From Botryllus schlosseri (lineage: Eukaryota), in assembly GCA_051294905.1 (NCBI GenBank), contig CM119372.1, forward strand, positions 372,001-436,000: a stretch of DNA of 64,000 nt, in the 5' to 3' direction. How positions within the stretch are numbered: position 1 is the stretch's first letter; the number at the start of each line of letters is the position of its first letter. Below, piece by piece: positions 1-12,100 of this stretch. The notes under the pieces are model-generated. The model ran no database searches. It had not been told where the DNA came from and saw only the letters and a program-made list of their open reading frames with translations. The translations under genes were made by a program, and so were the position numbers.

Positions 1-120
1 GTATATTTAATGTGTTGTAGAACTTGTATTATATTCTTGGTGGTCGCATAAAAGGTACATAGTTGAACTTTCCGCATCATTCATACTGACTGTAATGTCC
101 ACAAAAAATGCGTGACTCAC

Positions 121-3100
121 CCTGCCACTGAAAACGTCCCACCGATATTTATCAATGAGATAACCAAACGGTAAGAATGCGATTTTATCAAGAGCTTGAC
201 TCATCAGGTAGTTGATGTTGCTCTCCGAGTCATCCGCTGGCGTCGGAATCAGATCCAACTTTGCCATATGCTCCAAAGTACTCACGGAGAGAGCCAGGGT
301 GTCGCCGACCTAAACAATAGTAAGGACTCGAATTATGCGATTATCTCATTCTCGAGAATAGAGATTTTTTGAAGAACTATAATCTGCGACAGCTAGGCTA
401 GGAATGTTGATCAATTCTCATGGCTTACAAGGGTCCTGAAGCAGCCTTTCTACTATATTGAATGACCAAGTGTAACAAGGGCTGTAAAGCTGTCGAAATA
501 AATGCTGTGAAGCATTAGAAATGCACCTCAAGTTAGACGCAATATCTTTGAATATTGGGGTTATCGGTGAAGTGTGATTGGTTTTAATATTGGCTCAAGC
601 AGACTTGGACTAGATATTTATAGTTGCTTAATTAGACTACTTGAAGTTATCTAATTTTATGAATGTTTCTACGCTTTCATTTTAATTCTTTACCAATTTC
701 TGGTTTTTCTAAAAATGCTACAGGAGATCTGTACCGTGCAAAACGAGCCAAGCTTGCTGTACAGATATTTGCAATTCTCGTGCTACGAGAACGAGACATG
801 GTTTCTTTTGAGCTGAGCTTGATTTTGTTGTATCTCTTCCTGATTCGGAATGAAATTCAATTTTAAATTTTACGAATTCAGTCATTCTAATTCTAATCTA
901 ATATGAAAAAACTGCAAAGCTATCATTATAATTTATTTTAGAAGAGCTGAAAATATTTCAGTCGTCACCAGTTTTCTAATTGTCACCTACCGCTTCGTGG
1001 AATCCGGGATTGGCGCCGTCTCTGAAGGCTACGTGCTGGTCCTTGTACTGGAGATAATACTGAATGTGGCCCAGTTCGTGGTGGATCGTGATGAAGTCTC
1101 GCTGCGTTTTTGTCGTGCACATTTTTATGCTAAAAACATGGAAAGTCGTGCCGGTATTTACGGGTATAGTGATTTCAAGACTTTTTGTTAATTTATTATA
1201 TCAAGTCAAAGTGGGCCCCTCATCGAGAGTTAGCGTTGACAAGTCTACAGAGATTCAAATGATAACCAATTTGGTAAAGTGTGCTGTAATAATGTAGCAA
1301 TAAAAAAGAGCATTAGGTGAAGGCAGGTAGTCATGAAAAAATTCTGGCGAGAAATAGGCCAAAATTAGGGTTACAATACCTACTTTTTTTACTTGCTTTG
1401 AAATTGCTCCTACTCAAGTACAAATTTATGTTACTTCTACTTTGTAACCAACAATAAAGTGGCCGCGTTTTCAGACTAAGTCTACTTTTTTACTCACTTT
1501 GAAATCTATAGTTCTACTTGAGTGGAATTCATGACGTCATTTCTACTTGTACTCGACTGTTTTCAGTCTTCCAGGCTAAAAACTCGGCCTAGAATACCTA
1601 CTTTTATGGCATCTCTGGAATCACTACTTGTGCTTGAGTTTAAATTTAGGAGGTTACATCGACTCCCCTTCGAGTGCTAATGATGACTAGCTCTACTCAC
1701 CGGAAGTCTTTTCTGTTATAAAAATCCCAGGCTGACGCGTGGCAGACCACGTCTCGATCTTCCGGTTTTGTCAGCATGCTCATGTTCCAGAATTCTGCCG
1801 GCACGGCCTCTAGGCCCATGTTGCTGAAGAAATCATCGGCTACTTGGAACATTTCCTCCACTGTCCAGCTCTGCGTAAATAAGTCGAGATTTGTGGCACA
1901 GACAGACTTGTAAAATAAGGGCACTTCAAAAAAAACTTTTCCTTCAGATTTCACAGGCTACTTGATAAAATTGCTAGGTTGGTTAAAAAAACGCTGCAAA
2001 CCAACTTTGGTTCCATTGCAACCACTAGAAGCGAGATTCTTGCAGTAGAAAGTTTTGAATTTATCATTAAAAAACTAGAAAATTAAATTTCAAAATTTTT
2101 CTGCCGACTCCATAAGATTGTTTGGCTGTCAGTAGAGATGATGCACACCAAATTTGGCTCAATTCCAGCCACTAGAAGCGAAGTTATTGCAGTAGAAAAA
2201 TTTGGGTTTGAATAAAATAGTATTTACGGTGACTAACTCTTTGTTTAATTATTATAAAATCATGGAATTAGAAATTTTTCTACTGCAATAACTTCGCTTC
2301 TACTGGTTGGAATGGAGCCAAAGTTGGTGTGCGGCGTTTTTTTAACCAACCTAACAATTTTATCAAGTAGCCAGGCAGTGAAATCTGAAGGAAAAGTTTT
2401 TTTGAACAGCCCTATTGTACAAACTACCATTCAAATAGTTGCGCTCAACTAACTACTGTTTTTTGACTAGTTCTGGTTGTAGTTGCAGTTTTGAAGTGAG
2501 TACGGCAGTTTTAGTTCTAGTTTTGCGCAATTTGAAAACTTGGTAATTGATCTAGTTCTAGTTGCGACTTTGAAAAAGCGAGTAGTTCTGGTTCTCGTTG
2601 TAGTTGCGAGTTTTTGAAAATTGACTAGTTCTAGTTGCAAGTTTCAAAAAGTAAGTAGTTCTAGTTGCGAGTGTTGAGAAGTAACAAGCGCTAGTTGCGA
2701 GTGTTGAGAAGTGAGTAGTTCTAGTTCTAGTTGCGCATTATGAAAATCCAATAATTTGCACAAGTCTGCTCAGACAAGGAGCCTTCCCACCTGTAAGGCT
2801 TCATCCGCGTTCGGACGGACTTTGCCGCTGTGCGGTTCCACGATGTCGTAGAGGCCGGCCCAGTCCTGTGCCCACATGTTGCCGAACAGATGGGCCGGAA
2901 TGGGACCCTGCAGGTTGATGACGTCTGAGCCGTAAAATTCTGACAATTTTCTGTGACAAAATTTCGAAATTTCGTGTAAAATTGGTCTACCATTTTGATG
3001 CCACGAAATTTCATATTTTTTATGAGTAAAATTGATCGAAAATTTTATGCAACAAAATTTCATAAATTATAAATTAAAATAATCTACAATTTTCTGCTAC

Positions 3101-6100
3101 GTAGTTTCATCTGTTTTACGACTAAAACTGATCGACAATTTTATGCAACAAGATTTCATCTTTTTTTCGAATAAAATCAATCTACAATTGTCTGCAATGA
3201 AATTTCATCTTTTTTACGAGGCACACAAATCTACCATTTTCTCACCTTCTGACGTAAGTGTGAAGTTCTTCGTACAAGGGCAGGACTTCGAGCCAAACCT
3301 TTTCCAACTGTTGGTCAAAGTCCGGGGTTTCGTACGCAGACCTCCAATATGCGCCCATGTCGTCAAAATCTCAAAAAAATAAATTACATTTTAATCCATC
3401 GTTACTACTCGCATAGTAATTAATAACACAACGAATCTAGTACTCCAATACGACTCGAATCATTAGCGGAAGAAGATTTTTTCCAGTACTGAAACAACTC
3501 ATTTATCAACGAGACCGAGTATTTCCCTCTGTGGAAGGCTGTGAACCGTGATTAGTCGTAACGCAGCATACGAAACATGTAGTGCAAGGCTATGCGCGTT
3601 ACTGAAAATTCCATATCTGCAAAGCCGCGATCAACACACAGCATTGTTGCAAAATGCAATGAAGTAGGTATGCTTAAAAATATACAAAGTAATCTTCGAT
3701 GTGACGTGAAGTGGACTGGCATTATATTTCTTGCGATCGGATAAAAGGTACATATTCGAACTTTCCACGTCTTTCATACTGTTATGCCACCGTAATCACT
3801 GGTACTAAAATACTTGACTCAAAGCCTAATACTTATTTAGAATCGAATCACTCAAGTATTCCATTTTACCCCCCTACAGCCTACAGCAGAGGTCTCAAAC
3901 ACGCGGCCCGCGAGAGCATTTTGTGCGGCCCGCGACAGCATTTTAGAATTTCAAATATTCGACAATTTATTCAAGTGCCACATATCTTCTTTAGATATAA
4001 GAACTTAAAGTTCACCCTAAAACTAGTATAAAAATCACTGGAATCTCAACAAACTACACCATCACATCACTTTTAAAGATACCATGCGGTAGAAGATCAG
4101 CTATTACTTCACATTTATAGTTCATGATTATAAAACATGACCCGTTGATGATTCGTGACTGAAAATTGTGATTTGGTTTGGTGCGACCTATTGTAAAATT
4201 ACTCGATTTCGAATTGACTGGGTGATTGAATAAATTAAATGACTCGAGTTGAGTCGGGGCAAACGTTAAAATCAAAGAAGGACTTGCGACTCGGAACGGT
4301 GACTTGGTAATCCTACGGACGCAACAATCTATGAAACTGTCATGGGGAATAGTAATATATCAAAAGGTCGTACCTTGCGTTGTGCAGGGTATATTATCCA
4401 GCTATCTGATCAGGTCAGTATGGCAACCATCGGCATTATATGACCCCCGTGACCTATGGTGGGTTACATGCTGGGTGTTGTTTTTTTCTCGTTATCCATG
4501 TTATTTATCGGTGGAGAGTAAAGAAGTAGTTCGCTCCACAGCTGTAACACCAATGAATTCATCGGCGATTGGAGATTTCTATTCCAGGGGTTCTTAACCA
4601 GGGTCCATACTCCGTAGTCTCCTTCGTGGTACGAACTACGAAGCACCACATCACAGGGTACGAGATGCATTGTGGAATATTTTTATTGGCTAATTTGTAC
4701 AACTGGAAAATAGTCTTCGCGCTACGCGCGATTTTATGTGAATGGGCGTCCTGATTTCAATATAGGTATTATCAGAAATTGTGTTAAAAATGAACATGGT
4801 CTACGAGAAATGTTATTGGAAGCGCGAGGGGCACGATCGCTAAAGACAAGAAATAATGCTGTTACTAAGGATCAATAATGATTCTATTCAAGTTGTTATT
4901 GATATGTTCTAATAATAATCGAAGGCAAAATCTAACGCAGATTTAATTTGACTTTGGCAATGAAAGTAACAATAGCCTACTTATCATGACTATATCAAAA
5001 CCCGGATTAATGAAAACATACCGCATAACTATTTTACCAAATCCAAGGTGTTACATGTACGAAGTTTTGCGGAAAAAATGTGTAGTAGAAGTAGAAGTAG
5101 TCTTAACAAGAAGTGCAAGTACGGAAAACCTACTTTTGTACTTCAAAAAAGTAGAAGTACTTCTACTTGTCATCCTCCAGGCCAGGGTTGTATTGACTCG
5201 ACTGGAGTCACGAGTTTTTAGTGACTCGAATTGACTCTCGAGAGTCATTTTTTTAAATACGTGAAATGACCCGACTCGAGTCCACTTTTGTATTGACTCG
5301 ACTTGTGCTCGAGTCATTGTGCATGACTCGAACCAAGTCATATGACTCGAGACTGGGACGGCCTAGACCGACAGTAAAGAATAGTAAAGTCACCACGTGA
5401 TTGGTATTTCGTCTATCAATCCTGATACTTGGAAAATAGGGCCAGAAAGTGTTGAAAATGAGGGAAATTACGATATTATGAATGCGAGCCATTCTATATC
5501 ACTCGAGCCGATTTGAAAAAGTGGGTGGAAGCGGATTGAACTCAAACCTGAACAGTGAACATTCGGGCAAGTTTTTGCAACTTTTGCAACTTTTTTTTTA
5601 CAGCTTCCGGCAGCTTCCTAAATACTCGGAAGTTATCTAGAATGCTGTTTTAAGCTATTCGAAGGAATCTTAAAGTGTAACTTTTTGCAACTTTCGTGCA
5701 TTTTTTTTCGTGCAACTTTTAGCGACTTTTTCGATTTCGAAACATTTTGCGAGTAGTTTTTTCGATTTTTCATGCAACCAAATTTTTACTGGAAATATTT
5801 GGCAGTCTATGTAAACAGATCGCTTGATTATTCGACTGAAATACCGTAAATCAGCACTGAAGTAACGCACTAACGGGTATTTCGGGAGCTGAGAGCCAGA
5901 AAGTTGACTTTTTTTTTAGTCAACCAACGGAGAATGTGGATGGAAAACTGTTTTTCGGGAGTGGAACTGGGAAGTTGACCTTTTTTTTTAGTCAACCGAC
6001 CAAAATGTGGTCTTTTAGTGCAACTTTTGTGAAAAATAAGTAAAATCGAACTCTCGACTCGAACTCTCGACTCGAACCTCTACTCGCTGACTTGGACTTG

Positions 6101-9100
6101 ACTCGGCGGTGAATTGAAAATGACTCGACCTGACTCGAGTCAAAACTATAAAAGTGAGATTGACTTGTGATTTGGTAACAAGCCTGCCCCAGTCACTTAC
6201 TGTTCAATACGGCAGCCTTGTTGGATAGCTCCACATATCGTTCAAAAGTTTCTCTAGTATCAGTCCCATTGCCACCCACAGCGTCTCGCCAGCCCTTCCA
6301 TGCTTGACGGAGAGTGTTGTAGTTTTTCGAGGTCGCCATAAGATTTGTGATGTCTGAATTCGTTCATAAATATTTTAGAACAATTCAAAACCGCCAGAAA
6401 GTTTCCATAAAATGAAAAATCGAAACGACTAGTAGTACTCTCCCAATCAAACCTTGACTTGAAACAAGTCAATAAAATGCATGGACAGTACAGTAGGGCT
6501 GTTCAAAAATAACTTTTCTTCCAGATTCCGGCTATTCACTGATTAAACTTTCAGGTTACCCTTAAAACGCTGCACACCAAATTTGGTTCAATTCTAACCA
6601 GTATAAGCCGCCGCAGAGTAAATTAAATTGTCTAATTTATTATGAAAAATTCAAAAAAAAAATTCAAAATTTTCTGTAAACCCCTTGAAATCGTTGAGTT
6701 GTCTTCGAAAACGATGCTAAACAAATTAGACTCAATTCCGAACCGTGAGTTTGAGTTTTGAGTTTTTCATTTATCATTTCGGTTCTGGTATTACCCACCT
6801 TCAATGCTATTTTTGCAAATCCAGAACTTTCAACTGCGATAACTCCGCATCTACGGGTGACCCCAAAACTAACCCTGGAATTAAGTCTTATAAATTGGGC
6901 GATTTTTTTTACCTAAATAACGATAGATTTTGATCTAAAAAATCCTAATTTTGACATTTTTTGACTTAAAAAATTCTACTTTTGACTAAATTTGACCTAA
7001 CGTATGCAAATTAGGTGTTTTCTCACATAATGTTAGAATTGTACTACTTATCTTCATTTCAGGTTGAAACTGTCTGTCCTAACGAAGTAGTTTGGTCTGA
7101 AAAAAAAACTTTTTTGCCACAAAAACTGACAAATTTTTACATGAAAAAAACTTTATTTTAACGAAATTTGGCCCAATGAAGAATTCCAGTAGTTACATTA
7201 CGCATTATGATGGAAATGATTTAAATTTTTTGTAGTACAATGAACGACACTTTCCTACATTCTCGCGTAGAAAGTGTCTGTCCTTACTAAGTAGCTTGCC
7301 AATAATGGAGAAAGAACGTTCAACAGCGGCAGTTGTTGACTGACAAACCGTGTTGCTTCATTCCAACAATGTTGTCTACATCACTATGTTTCATCATGCG
7401 CTTCTTAATATAAGAACCATGCAATGCCCACGCAGTCTTGCTTCAGTTGGGATATTGCGGTACGTTGAGCATAACACCATGTCAACCTATTTGTTTCATT
7501 TGAATGTTTATGATTCACAATGAGCAGACGATGGGCCGTCTACAACGGTAGGCCTATAAAGTAGGCTACAAGCTGTAAAATGTCAAAAGATAAGTTTCCT
7601 GACAGTGCAAAATCTACGATATAAACGAAATGCAGGTTGTAAAAAGTTTAAACTTTGTAAAGAATTTTGACATTTTTTGACATGTCAATAAAAATCGCCC
7701 TACTTATAAATATCCTGACCCAGAGCAAACAGTTCGGCTCAGCAAAAGTTAGCAAAAGAAGCCTTGATGAGCAGTATACAGATATGAAGGAATTTGCATG
7801 GCATGCGTCCTAATTAATCGGGCGAAGGTTAGAAGCTAGGCACCCACCTGGGTCAAGAGGCACACAGCCGTCGATCCCGTCAATGTCACACACGGTCGCC
7901 TTGCTGTAGTTGTCGCTCATATCCGAAACAGCTTGCGTGTACTGCACAAAATCGTCACAATTCAGTGTAGGAATTAAAAAACTCGGAGGTATTGAACTTC
8001 AACATACAGTTCAATAATATATTGATATTGAAATAAACACGAATTTTTCGGCTGACACTATTCAGGGGTAATTGTCAGCAACTAGTAAAGAATTGGAAAA
8101 ACATTTGATACAAACTATATTTGGTGATAGCAATTGTTGATACACATTATTCTTCTCAATTCTCTATGGTTGCTGACAATTATCCTTGACCAGACTTGGA
8201 CGGCTGGAAAATTCTTCATTTTTTTCAAAATACAATTACCCAATGCGCAAAAACTCATAATTAAAATGCAGGCCATAGAAAAATTTCATAAAGTAGATTA
8301 CTGGCACTTTGCACAGATGCCTTTCCAAAATTAAGCTGCGGTCGGAGGCTAGGAGAGCCAAATAACTTCCTGAGATACCTCACTCGGCAGATCAAATTTG
8401 ACTGATCGAAATTTTCCGGTTATTGGCTAATCATCAACTGTGCAACCGAAGCTGATGTTTAATCGGCGGTCACGGATTGATCTGCATGTGTGCAACCTAC
8501 CTATAGTCCAATTAGACAATTATATGCCCCTGACGAGCGCCAGCAAAAAATATTTGAGCAATTTTTATGCAAAAGTTTTTTTTGCGGCCAAACCTCCTGC
8601 AATTCATCAGCGTCCAGAGCGCCAGTTCCGAGGTTGCTCATTTTTTTGACAAGTCGAGCATTCGTGGCGTCTTCGATCTCCGTGACGTCAAACTTTTGGG
8701 CTTCCACTCCCTGGTCCGCTATGAAATTGGACAGAGTCTGACTGGCCTCGATCTGTAAAATATCCAAAATTAGTTTGTCGTAGCCAGACCTGTAAAATCA
8801 CCAACCTAGTCTGTTGACGGTCAGCTAATTACTGTTTTCAAGTAGTTCTAAGTGTGCATTTTAAAAAGTGAGTAGACTTAAAATTTGTTGCTTCAAATTT
8901 GTTGCCGAACAGCACAAGGACATTAGTCATAATTTGGTGTGAGTCGTGATACCGATGTTCTGTTGTGCGATGTTCTTGGAGTCATTGCTACCTCAGAGTC
9001 ATCACTACTAACAGCGGAGTAGCCAGTAATTGGGTTTTGGGGTCGAAACCCATCCCATTTTTAACTCTAATTAAGTCCTTTTGAAACGCCGATCTGGCCT

Positions 9101-12100
9101 TCAATATATCTCAACTCAGTTGCAATTCAGAATAGCATCTAGTTGGTTGCGTTTTAGTAAGTTGCGTATCTTCAAAGGGCGTTAGTTCCAGTCATAGTAG
9201 TGAGTTTTGGAAAGTGAGTAGTTCCAGATCTAGATGATAGTTTTGAAAAGTGACTAGTTCTAGTTCTAGTTACGAGTTTCGTAAAATAATCAGTTCTAGT
9301 TTTAAGTTGAAGTTTCGAAGAGTCAGTAGTTCTAATTCTGGTTCTAGTTGCGAAAACGCAGTACAAGTCTGGCAGTAGTTGAAATCCCGAATGAATCACG
9401 AACCGCGGCTTGTTGGTTTTCAGCAGTCATGTCCGTGTTGTAGCTCCACTCCGCTTCTACGGCTTTGTTGTAGGCCGTCTCGCCAGTAGAGTTCTGAAGG
9501 TCTACGAAATCCTGAGCGTCCCTCGCTGGGTAGTAACCCTCTGCAGTAGAAATCATAAATGAGCGGATTGAATACCTACAGCAGGTATGTGTAGGATCGG
9601 GTATTTTCATCGTAACTGGCCAGGAAAAGAGAAAGTTTTTCTGAAACAGGATTGGATCCGGACTTTGTCTGCATTCCAAATTTTCAGTGTGCGGAAGTGA
9701 CATCTTGTTAGCGTACAACGATGTTTGCTGTAAATTTGGGCTTATGCATTGCATAGCAATATCGGTGAATCCTTAACAGCAAACTACAATGCATTGACGA
9801 GGCGTATGATTATCGGTGGCAATAGATGCTCAGGATTATTTTGGATAATGATCTCTGCATCAACTCAACAGTTCTTAACCGGGGTTAACAGGAACCCCTG
9901 CGATTTGCTGAAGGTCAAGACACACACAGTAAATGGTGATTTTCATATTTTTGTTTTGTGCGAAAATCATACTGCATGGTGTTGCTCTTTTAATAGAGTT
10001 GACGGTGCAAAGGTCGTTTAGTGCACAAGCGTTCTGTGGTAATGTATTAGATGTCTAATCAAAGTTGAACGGCTAGAACGTTTTCAGCTTTTCCAAACTA
10101 GATTAAAGTTAGAATGGTAGTTAAGTTTTTTTCCCAAATTAGAGATTAAAATTAGAATTTAGCAACAACAGTTTCTTTCCAAACTAGATTACAATTAGAA
10201 TGGTGCAGACCAGCATAAGGCAAACGCAATACAAACTTGGGAGCCAATCTGTGTCGTTCCATCCTGTCGCGTCGCCATTTTCTATGTTCTTCTGTTTCAG
10301 CCAATCTGTGAGAGGCTGGAAATATTCCTGTAGCGGTAAAGTCGACATTTCACTAGACCCCGTCAACTTCGCCATGGCAACCGGCCATTCCTCGCTGGAG
10401 CCAAGCTGCAGCATTTCCCTTCAAGTTGAAAATATATGTCAGAGATGACAATTGAGTTGGATTTGCAAAATATAATCTACTTTACTTCAAAACTACTTTT
10501 TATTCTTCACTAAGTATGTAGGCCTAATTCTGCCTAAAAAGCTATTCAAATTGAAGCGGAAATAGTTTAAAAAAGAGACAAGAGTATTGTAATCCTAGTT
10601 TTGCCTAAAAAAAGGAAACTGTCAAGTAGAAGTAGAATCATAACCACTTGAGTAAATAGCGCGAGGTACGGCCTACAAAGTAATCATCGTTGGTACCAAG
10701 TACAAATAGAAGTAACGTCGTAAATTCCGATTCAAGTACTACAAATAGATGTAGCGATTTACGAGTAAGTAAAAAAGCGAGTATTCAATTCTTGGAACTT
10801 CTTAAAAAACTGAAACTGTCAATTAGAAGTATTAGTTTGAAATCCTCCACCCGAGAAATAGTGCAAAAAAATCCTCCAATTACTTGACTCGAATCAATAG
10901 AATTTATACCCGACTCATTTCTAATTTAATTTGTAAAATGTTTCTATACTCCTATTTTAATTCCAATTAATAACACTGGTCTACAAAATGAAAATTTTTT
11001 TTTAGGCAGAACATCTGAGAGCCATTTCTGGGGTTTTTGAGATTGCTGATTACGAATATCACATTAGTTTTGTCAGATTGGCTCTTTGTCAGAAGATATT
11101 TATACCCCTAAAAAAGCCCAAAATTTTTTATCCTTATATATTTACCCTTCGATATTTCACTTGGTAGAAAGAATATCGTAGTTATTTCTAATTTTATACA
11201 GCGCAATGTGCGCATAAATAGACAATCGACTATGAAGAACCCTCATATCGTTCTCAATGAGTCTATAAATACTAACATGACCTGATGCGAAATATTTGTT
11301 TGTCAAAAAAGCAGTTTGTAAAGCCTAAAAACTATTCTTTTGCACAACGCATTCTCCTGTATCAATCGGTCATCCTACCAAGATTAAAGAGGAGTAGAAA
11401 ACTATAAAATTTGTCCTGGAAAAGTTCAACTACAATACTCATATGCGTCTCATTTCTTTTGACTGGTAAATGAATAATTTTCCGCTGAGTCAACAAAGGG
11501 GGTATACCTACTAACCCTACCAGACGAGAAGCTTAAATCTGGTATGTGGTATATTCGAATACTGACGAAAGATTCCAATTTCACATTAGGAATGAGTTCA
11601 CTGCATGTAATTTCTCATAAGATGTAGTAAATAAAACTTTTTGGATGATCGCAAAGCACCCAACTATACAAACAATTGGTCCGAAAATTCGTATCTGCAG
11701 ATCGAAAACTTTGAGCACAAAGATGAGCATAAAAGTTCACTTCCTGTTCAGTCATCTTGATATATTTCCTGATGGTCTTGTTGATTAGCAAAGGGAGAGG
11801 TTCTACCAAGACACCAGAACAATAAAAGAAAGATATCAGGGCAGATGAGATGAACCATTGAACATAATATGGCAGACCATTGCTGGAACCTTTCGAGAAA
11901 TTGCACTAAATAGCTTACAGGCAAAAATCGTACAAAAAACAATTGTGCTTTAAAATAAACTAATAATAATATATTCCAACTGATTATTTCAAATTTACAA
12001 TAGGTGATTGACGTAAAACTGACTGAATTAATGCCACATTATTTGAGTATCTATGTAAATACTTATATACATGACTAGAGTTTATTTATTTACATGATTT

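Noticed and set aside
7983..8190. Helitron 3' end (hairpin followed by CTAG) in family F
   Set aside because: Similarity between copies continues past the CTAG, and this copy is partly palindromic
9541..10236. Two separate tandem ACE genes, or a testis-ACE-type alternative first exon in the inter-domain intron
   Set aside because: Exon 15 splices in phase to exon 16 with no stop or second signal peptide; the ATG-containing stretch in the intron overlaps a hAT-like fragment
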